Shown here: piece after piece, positions 57,563 through 64,000 of the stretch
Layout of the letters: the number at the start of each line of letters is the position of its first letter
Numbering within the stretch: position 1 is the stretch's first letter
Assembly: GCA_965248925.1 (NCBI GenBank)
Contig: CBDFLE010000006.1
Location: 4,448,001-4,512,000 of the forward strand
Length of the DNA: 64,000 nucleotides
Direction of reading: 5' to 3'
DNA from: Candidatus Multivoradales bacterium
Lineage (GTDB): Bacteria > Acidobacteriota > Thermoanaerobaculia > Multivoradales > J023
Notes under the pieces: generated by a model
What the model saw: the letters and a program-made list of their open reading frames with translations, nothing else
What the model was told of the DNA's origin: nothing
Databases searched by the model: none
Translations under genes and position numbers: made by a program

Positions 57563-57641
57563 GCACCCTTAGCGGCAGTAAGGGCTGGAGATCAGAACCT
57601 CGACTGCTGCTCTGCGTACCAACAAGTAGAAGGAGACATCA

Positions 57642-58112
57642 ATGCTTGACCTCGAAGAACCCTTCCCCAGTTTTACCCTCGCGGCTGAAGATGGCTCGAT
57701 GGTGAGTTCCCGTGACTTGCGCGGCGCTCCCCATCTGGTTTTCTTTGTTCCCAAGGCGGGCTCGCGAGCCTCGCGCCGGCAGCTAGTTGGTTTTCGCGAT
57801 GCTTGGGCCGAGATCCAGAACGCCGGCCTGACTGTCTATGCGGTGACCTATGATTCGCCGGCCGAGAATCGGCAGCTGATCCGCGCCGAACGCTTACCCT
57901 TCTCGTTGCTCGCCGACCGGGGCAAGATCCTCGCCGAGGACGCCGAGGCCCGCGCCGGTTTCCTCAACTTCCCCCTACGCATATCTTTCTTGATGGCGGC
58001 GGATGGCACCCTGAAGAAGATCTACCTGGTGTCTAAGCCGAGCAGTCACGCTTTCGACGTGCTGGCGGATCTGGCCGCTCTTGATCTACGGCGGGCGCGC
58101 TTGGCGAGCTAG
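57642..58112 (+). CDS. Bcp/PrxQ-like peroxiredoxin fold protein lacking cysteine
   Basis: PSFTL...G, FFVPKAGSRASRRQLVGFRD in place of YFYPKxxTPGCT; LPFSLLAD; no Cys in ORF. Confidence 0.7.
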   Translation: MLDLEEPFPSFTLAAEDGSMVSSRDLRGAPHLVFFVPKAGSRASRRQLVGFRDAWAEIQNAGLTVYAVTYDSPAENRQLIRAERLPFSLLADRGKILAEDAEARAGFLNFPLRISFLMAADGTLKKIYLVSKPSSHAFDVLADLAALDLRRARLAS

Positions 58113-58607
58113 ACCGTTGCCCTGGGCAGGGTTATCCGCCACCGGCAAGCGGCGGAAAACGCTGCTGCCGGTAAGCACTGATTCCCACAGATCGTCGGCT
58201 TCCTGGTTGTCGGGCAGGTCTCGGCTGAGGTGCCACTGGCTGTGGATCTGCCCTTCACCGGAGATCGGGTCGATCGTGTGCTGACCTACCCAGCAGCTGA
58301 CCGACGAGGCCGCGGGGCCCGATTTCTCGGGATCCCCCCAATCGACGCAGAAGGCCACCAAATCGCCGTTCTGGAAGCCGCGTAGGGGATAGGCGTGGGC
58401 GTGGCTTGCCCGGCCGACGGCGGTGCGGTAGCTGCCGTGCAGCAATCGACCGCTGACCGTGAATTCTAGGGTCGAGCCGCGGTCGTTCCGCCATTGACCG
58501 CGCAGGTCGGGGGTTGCGGTGGGGGTTTCAGGGACTTGACCAAGGACCACCTGACTCAGCACGCAGCCGAGCCAAGCGGATCTCAATAGTTGTCGGCAGA
58601 GGCGCAT
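58086..58607 (-). CDS. Avidin/streptavidin family protein
   Basis: LRGQWRNDRGSTL, GSYRTAVG, YPLRG, FCVDW, SVSCWVGQ, SQWHL, WESVLTGSSVF. Confidence 0.85.
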   Translation of the reverse strand: MRLCRQLLRSAWLGCVLSQVVLGQVPETPTATPDLRGQWRNDRGSTLEFTVSGRLLHGSYRTAVGRASHAHAYPLRGFQNGDLVAFCVDWGDPEKSGPAASSVSCWVGQHTIDPISGEGQIHSQWHLSRDLPDNQEADDLWESVLTGSSVFRRLPVADNPAQGNGLARQARPP

Positions 58608-58635
58608 CGACGTGGATCTGATGGTGGGTTGCAGC

Positions 58636-59277
58636 CTACTTGGCGAGCGACTTCGCCGCCGCCAACACGACCTCGGCGCTGAGCCGCTGGCGGTAGTCGG
58701 GATTGACGTATTGGAAGTTGATCACTCCATCGGTGCCGACCAGGAAGACCGCTGGCACGGGCAGTTCCCAATGCCCCTTGCCGGTGCGTTCAACCAGGTC
58801 GATGCCATAGCCGCGGTAGACCTTCTTGGTCTTCTCGCCGAGTTTGAAAGCGATGCCGAAGGCGCGCGCTGCTTGCATTTCACTGTCGGCTAGCAGGCGG
58901 AACCGCCATTCGTTCTTGCCCGCGCCCTCTTGCAAGTTTTCAGGTTTGTCGGGAGTGATGGCGAGGATTTGAAAGCCTGTCTTCGCCAGCTCTTCTTCAA
59001 TCGTGCGCAGCTGACCCAGCTGCGTAACGCAGTACGGTCACCAGCCGCCACGGTAGAAGATCAGCACCGTAGGTTGCAGGGCGACCAGCTCGCGCAGCTC
59101 GACGGCTTTGCCATCGGCGTCATGCAGGGTCACCGCCGGCACTTGACTGCCGTTCAGCAGGGGCCGAATCTCTTCGGCGGATGGGGCCGCGGTCGGCGAT
59201 TCAGCCACTGCGGGGGCCGCGATGGCCAGCAGAAGAGCCAGGGTTGCCGCCGCGATCGGCGAGTTGATTCTCGACAT
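58636..59277 (-). CDS. Exported peroxiredoxin-like (AhpC/TSA) selenoprotein, UxxC motif, 213 aa with UGA readthrough
   Basis: ORFs 59038-59277 and 58636-58935 are one frame: FYRGGW-TGA-PYCVTQLGQL...LAITPD...LLADS...PAVFLV. Confidence 0.85.
59006..59024 (-). promoter_or_regulatory. Putative bacterial SECIS hairpin
   Basis: On the minus strand, 13 nt after the UGA: cgcagctg-ggt-cagctgcg, perfect 8-bp stem with G-containing loop. Confidence 0.6.
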
Positions 59278-59326
59278 TGGATCCTCCGGAGTCGGTTGAA
59301 CAGGAGGGCCATTGTAGGACGCTTTG

Positions 59327-59743
59327 CTAGTTCTTGTCTTTGGCTTCGCGGATCAGTCGGCGGCGAATCCGGCGCAGGCGCGAGGTGTCGCCGCGAAAGC
59401 GCGAGATGCGCGCCTCCAAGATGGCCAGCAACCGCGGGTAGTCGATACCCAACAGACGCTCCGGGTCGAGCAGATCGGCGGCGTGCTTCCAGGTGCGGCC
59501 ATCGGCGGACATCAGCCGGTCGACCTCGCGATTGAGCTGCAGCGAAGCGAAGGCCCAATGCTGACTGCCGATGCGAATCCGGGCGTCGTTGGCGAATTCT
59601 TGCAATTGTGCCAGCAAAGGCCCGGTCAGCGGATCGCGGCCGATCAGGTACCAGGTCAGCCGCGAGACCTCGGTGCCGAGCTCTTCGGCTGCTAATAGCA
59701 GGTTGGCGATGTCTTCTAGGGTTGGTTTTAGAACTGCGGACAT
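59327..59743 (-). CDS. Small helical hypothetical protein divergent from the second HTH-TPR gene
   Basis: 138-aa ORF with basic C-terminus; same arrangement as 31495-31842. Confidence 0.55.
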   Translation of the reverse strand: MSAVLKPTLEDIANLLLAAEELGTEVSRLTWYLIGRDPLTGPLLAQLQEFANDARIRIGSQHWAFASLQLNREVDRLMSADGRTWKHAADLLDPERLLGIDYPRLLAILEARISRFRGDTSRLRRIRRRLIREAKDKN

Positions 59744-59964
59744 ACTTTCTCGCTAGGCTGTCCGGCGCGTCGGCCGGTCTACATCAGGACGGTACGAAGA
59801 CCTCATCGATCGAGGGTTCAGCATCTGGGCGCTATGGCAAGAGAATACGGGTATTATCGGGTTTGACCAAAGTCGGGGCGTCAATCAGTAGGCATAGCGA
59901 CGAAAACTCCCAAGATTGGTGCGGTTTGAAGGATCTGTCTGCGCTCCGGTACACTGCCGTTACT

Positions 59965-61401
59965 TTGAGTCAGGTCGAAGATATCTACGGTGCCTTGCTG
60001 AATAGCCTGAAGCGTGATGTTGATCGCGCCCGGCCAGGAGTAGTGCTTTCCCGGCTGGGTCGTTCCGAGGGTTATCTGCGCAATGTCTGGCATGGGCGCA
60101 GCTCGATCTCGCTGCGTCGTTTTCTGGAAGTGATCGAAGCGACCGGTTCGACGCCCGCACGCTTTTTCGAGAAGTCCTTCGATACGACACCAAGTGCCGA
60201 GACCTTCCTGCTTGCGATGGCGGGAGAACTCGTAGATCGCCGGCTTCCGGATGCCTTGAACGAGACCTTGATGGCTGGGATCGAAGGATCCCAGCCGGCG
60301 CGAAACCGGCCGGGCTTCGATCGCGAAGAAGCGGTCGAGAGGCTGGCGCAGAAGAGTGTGGCAGGCCAGCGACGCTTGCTTTGTAGAACTCAGCAGTATC
60401 GAGACGTGGAGTTTCTTCAGCTCTATCTGGAATATTTGGACGAGATGCGCTTCGATCATCGGCAGCAGGCGGCGCGGCTTGCCGAGACGATAGCGCTGAA
60501 GGTCGCGCCCCAGGCCTTTGGAACTCCCGCGCAATGTACCTCTCTTTTCTGCAAGGCACTAGGTATTCTCGCTTCCGCCGAAAGGATCAGTGGCCATCTG
60601 GCCAAAGCCGCCGCGGTGATTGGAGTCGCCCTGGCTGCAGCTAGGAAACGCGATCTCAAGCAGGCTAGAGCACGGCTGTTGGTTTGTTCTAGTTCGGTGT
60701 TGCGCGACAATTCTCAGCCGAACCGGGCCTTTCTTCTGCTTCGCGAAGCGCAGGAAATCTACTTCGACTGCGATGACATGGTTGCCTTGGGGCAAGTTTC
60801 TATTGCTCGCGCGATCCTCTACTGCGAGTTGGGCTCCTATCCGGAAGCTCTGCGTTGCTACGATCGTGCGCTGATGCTGCTGCCGAGCCCAAATCGCACG
60901 CTGCGCCGCTGGCGTATGGCCTGTCATCAGGGGGCGGCTTTGGTGCATTTTCGTTTGAACGATTTCGACCAAGCCGAGCTGTGCCTGGCTGACGCGAGAG
61001 GTGAAAGTAGTGGCGAGAGCCACCACAACCGTGCCAAGCTTTTGCGGCTCGAAGGTCGGGTGGCGATTCGGCGTGGTGAGCATGAACGGGCCGAGCACCT
61101 TCTTCATCGAGCTTGGGGGTTGTTCAGCACTCGTAGTGATCCAAGGGCGCTCTTGACTCAGCTCGATCACTTGGAATCCCTGCTGTTGCGAGGGTGGATC
61201 ATGGAGTCTCACAAGCTAGCAAACCATGTGGTCGCTAGTTTGCTCCGCAAACCTGAACTCAGCTCGATCAAGCCACTCGCCATAGACCTGAAGCGTGCCG
61301 TGGCTCAACAGCGCCTCACCGTGACGTTGATTCGCGAAGCTCAAGACCGAGCTGAGCGGCTTTGTTCGCCAAGCCAGTACCTATCGAGCTTCGGCATCTG
61401 A
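59965..61401 (+). CDS. HTH-like plus TPR-repeat protein (paralog of 29788-31344)
   Basis: LGRSEGYLRNVWHGRSSISLRRFLEVI Xre-like HTH, TPRs; start uncertain (ORF-track start 59608 overlaps the divergent gene). Confidence 0.65.
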   Translation: MSQVEDIYGALLNSLKRDVDRARPGVVLSRLGRSEGYLRNVWHGRSSISLRRFLEVIEATGSTPARFFEKSFDTTPSAETFLLAMAGELVDRRLPDALNETLMAGIEGSQPARNRPGFDREEAVERLAQKSVAGQRRLLCRTQQYRDVEFLQLYLEYLDEMRFDHRQQAARLAETIALKVAPQAFGTPAQCTSLFCKALGILASAERISGHLAKAAAVIGVALAAARKRDLKQARARLLVCSSSVLRDNSQPNRAFLLLREAQEIYFDCDDMVALGQVSIARAILYCELGSYPEALRCYDRALMLLPSPNRTLRRWRMACHQGAALVHFRLNDFDQAELCLADARGESSGESHHNRAKLLRLEGRVAIRRGEHERAEHLLHRAWGLFSTRSDPRALLTQLDHLESLLLRGWIMESHKLANHVVASLLRKPELSSIKPLAIDLKRAVAQQRLTVTLIREAQDRAERLCSPSQYLSSFGI

Positions 61402-61910
61402 GGTTTGTTACCCGTTTGGGTCGATGGCCATGCCCCATTTCTGACATGCATTTGCAGAGTTCTTGTTCAGCATTCTCGTATTTCTCCTCTTGGTCGCGAT
61501 CCGTACTGCACTGTGTTGTGTTGAGAATGTTTTAGAAGAGATTTCTCTTTCGTTCAGAGGTATTCGAGGTACTCGAAATTTATGGTCCTATTTGTCCCCT
61601 AATTCGCCACAATTTTGATTGTTTTGATAGAAAAATGAAGATTCATGTGTTTAGTGGTGCTTTGCGTAGATAATTTGCATATTTGATCCAATATATTCAA
61701 TATTCGGCAATCCTCCGCGCCTTGAGATGCTGAAGGATTTTTTGACTCGGACTCGCATTCCTTGTGGAATGCGCAGCTCTGCTGCCGGTAAGACCAGCAA
61801 GTTACTGCCGCCAGCGGGTTCTTGCGCTACCGCTTTGGACTTCCTCGACCGGAATGGCCCCGGATGGATGGGGTCTTTCGCTGTTTCGGCCTGCTTCTAG
61901 CGGACTCGGC

Positions 61911-63212
61911 TCAGCGCTGATCGACGACGATCCGGCCACCGACCATCACGAAGTCGACCCGCTCGATGGCGTGGATGTCTTTGAGGGGGTTGCCTGACAC
62001 GGCGATCAGGTCGGCCAGTTTGCCGGCGGCAAGGATGCCGCGATCGTCAACGCCAAGCAGGTCGGCGGCGGCCAGGGTAGCGCTTTGCAGGGCCGCCAAC
62101 GGGGTCATGCCGCGATCTACCAGGACGCCGAACTCGCGGCCGTTGTCGCCGTGGGGATAGACCGCCGCATCGGTGCCGAAGGCGATCTTGACGCCTTCGC
62201 GAATTGCCTTTTCCAAGCTGGCCTTGGCCAGCGGCAGGATGCCCTTGGCTTTGGCGCGGATTACAGGTGGCAGGTTGTCGAGATCGATGGCCTCGACCAG
62301 GTAGGTGGTCGGTACCAGGTAGGTGCCGCGCGCTTTCATCTCGGTGATGATTTCGTCGGTCAGCATGGAGCCGTGCTCGATCGATGCGACTCCGGCTAGC
62401 ACCGCCGCCAGGATGCCTTCAGAGCCGTGGGCGTGAGCGGCTACTTTGAGGCCGTGGCGGGCGGCTTCTTCGACCGCCACGCGCATCTCCTGGTCGCTGA
62501 ATTGCTGGGCGCCCACCGGCCCCTCGAAGGACAGCACCCCGGCGGTGGCGCAGATCTTGATCACCTGGGCGCCGTGCTTGATCTGGTAACGCACCGCTCG
62601 CAGCACTTGGTCGGGGCCATCAGCGACACCGCTCTCTGGACCCGATTCCGCGAACCCCGGCGCGTAACCGGTGGTGTCGCAGTGGCCGCCGGTGATTCCC
62701 AGGCTGTGGCCGGCGGCAATGATCCGCGGGCCGTCGACGAAGCCTTGCTCGATGGCATTGCGCAGGGCGATGTCGGCGAAGCCGCTGGAGCCTACGTTGC
62801 GCACCGTGGTGAAACCCGCGGCCAAGGTCAGGCGGGCGTTGCGGACGCCGCGCAGGGCCGCTTCCGCCGCTGTCGTGGTAACGCCGCGATGCCGCCATTT
62901 ACCACTGAGATCGAAAGTCAGGTGGGTGTGCATGTCCATCAGGCCGGGCAGCAGAGTGCGCTGGCCAAGCTCGATCACCTCGAGGCCGTGAGCCAGTTCC
63001 GGGCCGCCGACCGCGACTATGTGCTCGCCCTCGACCACCACCACGCGATCGCTCAGTAGTTGGCCGGACTCGATATCGAGCAGGTGAGCCGCCCGCACTG
63101 CGAGGCGGGTGGGCAGGGTCTCGGCCAGCGATGTCCCAGGCAACAAGGCCAGCGGCGCGAGAAGAACCTGGGTGACGAGGAAGACCTGGCTGAGGTGCTT
63201 ACAGCGGCCCAT
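61911..63212 (-). CDS. Metal-dependent amidohydrolase (Xaa-Pro dipeptidase-like), exported
   Basis: LPGLMDMHTH, AGFTTVRNVG, IKICATAGV, VAAHAHG, SIEHG, FGTDAAVYPHG, GKLADLIAV. Confidence 0.92.
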   Translation of the reverse strand: MGRCKHLSQVFLVTQVLLAPLALLPGTSLAETLPTRLAVRAAHLLDIESGQLLSDRVVVVEGEHIVAVGGPELAHGLEVIELGQRTLLPGLMDMHTHLTFDLSGKWRHRGVTTTAAEAALRGVRNARLTLAAGFTTVRNVGSSGFADIALRNAIEQGFVDGPRIIAAGHSLGITGGHCDTTGYAPGFAESGPESGVADGPDQVLRAVRYQIKHGAQVIKICATAGVLSFEGPVGAQQFSDQEMRVAVEEAARHGLKVAAHAHGSEGILAAVLAGVASIEHGSMLTDEIITEMKARGTYLVPTTYLVEAIDLDNLPPVIRAKAKGILPLAKASLEKAIREGVKIAFGTDAAVYPHGDNGREFGVLVDRGMTPLAALQSATLAAADLLGVDDRGILAAGKLADLIAVSGNPLKDIHAIERVDFVMVGGRIVVDQR

Positions 63213-63213
63213 C

Positions 63214-63972
63214 TCAAGAGTCTTCTGAGTTGGTTGGAGTCTCGCCATCGACGGCGGGTGGCGGCGCGCCAGTGTCTTCCACCACCGGCTTGCTGGCGTT
63301 GGCCTGAACCTCGGCCAAGGCTAGTAACAACTCAGCGTGCAGGCTGAGGATGGCTTGCCGTTGTTTGCGGTTGAGGCGCAGCCGCTGGTCGCAGTTCTTG
63401 CAGTTGATCCGCTGCTGATCGAAGCCGACGATGCGGTCGACGATGGCTGTCAGCTCGCCGGAGAGGGCCCCCAGCTGCTGGCCGATAGCGTCGCGCTGGG
63501 CCCGCTCATCGGCCAGCGCACCGTCGATCGCAGTGCTGATGGAGCGGGTGTCTTTGCCTACGGTTTTGAGCGCCTCGAAGGTGGCGTCGAGACGCAGCTG
63601 GATATCGTGGTTGTCCTGGTTGAGCAGCTCAAAACCCTTCATCACGGTGGCGAAGTAGTCGTCTAGGTAGGCCGAAACCTCGTTCTCGACTTGCTCGGGC
63701 ACTAGTTCGAGGATGCGTTCCCGTTCTTCGTGCAGCTCGGTCAAGGCGCGTGGTACGGCTTCGATGACCGAATTCTCCATCTCTTCCCAGCGGCGGTTTT
63801 CGCGATCGAATCTCTGTTCCCAAGCGATCACCGACGCCTCAGCGCGGGCGCGCTCTTCATCGCAGGTTGCGAGCTGGGCTCGGAGTTCTTCGACTTCGGC
63901 CTTCGAGGCACAGCCGAAGCTGAGCAGGAATAGGGCGATCAGGAGCAAGGCGGAGAGCGGTCGCAAGAGCAT
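63214..63972 (-). CDS. Coiled-coil lipoprotein
   Basis: Lipobox SFGC, heptad pattern, CKNC near C-terminus. Confidence 0.6.
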   Translation of the reverse strand: MLLRPLSALLLIALFLLSFGCASKAEVEELRAQLATCDEERARAEASVIAWEQRFDRENRRWEEMENSVIEAVPRALTELHEERERILELVPEQVENEVSAYLDDYFATVMKGFELLNQDNHDIQLRLDATFEALKTVGKDTRSISTAIDGALADERAQRDAIGQQLGALSGELTAIVDRIVGFDQQRINCKNCDQRLRLNRKQRQAILSLHAELLLALAEVQANASKPVVEDTGAPPPAVDGETPTNSEDS

Positions 63973-64000
63973 GCAGATCTCCTTGGGGAACCCAAAAGCG

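Noticed and set aside
59608-59964. N-terminal extension of the HTH-TPR ORF
   Set aside because: Overlaps the divergent gene and has no counterpart in the paralog
61764-61997. 77-aa ORF after the AT-rich tract
   Set aside because: No RBS or motif and overlaps the amidohydrolase 3' end on the opposite strand
1-64000. Numerous long antisense/alternate-frame ORFs and any tRNA/rRNA
   Set aside because: Shadow ORFs typical of high-GC DNA overlapping well-supported genes; no tRNA cloverleaf or rRNA sequence recognised by eye

Overview
GC-rich bacterial window. An IPTL-CTERM protein, a VWA protein of the acidobacterial type, a DGFESG motif and HTH-TPR/carboxypeptidase-domain proteins suggest Acidobacteriota (Thermoanaerobaculia-like); this is inferred, not proven. 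1-22.8 kb holds mostly ordinary genes: partial malQ, a ROK/Rossmann fusion, methyltransferase, HEAT-cyclophilin, DinB, GT2, a three-gene secreted glycoside-hydrolase-like cluster, dusA, an AGCS symporter, a broken GNAT, a VWA protein, HtrA, an IPTL-CTERM protein and an ADH. 22.9-39.8 kb is a variable region of two cargo blocks bracketed by three ~400-420 bp copies of the 3' part of a T3SS TPR chaperone gene. The middle copy is a mosaic of the outer two (attL/attP/attR-like) and no integrase is visible. Cargo includes a frameshifted Sec-signal RHS toxin with a candidate immunity gene, an HTH-TPR regulator, a PCD-like/RadC module, a Cys-rich secreted peptide module and a 269-bp IS6 remnant. 39.4-57.6 kb is a non-flagellar type III secretion cluster (sctI,J,K,L,N,O,P,Q,fliO-like,R,S,T,U,V). 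It has two tandem needle-like subunits, an FHA-fused SctQ and two extra FHA proteins, but no secretin, translocon or gatekeeper in the window. 57.6-64 kb holds a Cys-less Bcp-like protein, an avidin-family protein, a UGA-readthrough (selenocysteine) peroxiredoxin-like protein with a SECIS-like hairpin, a second HTH-TPR paralog, an amidohydrolase and a lipoprotein. All calls come from motif recognition by eye; no database search was run.
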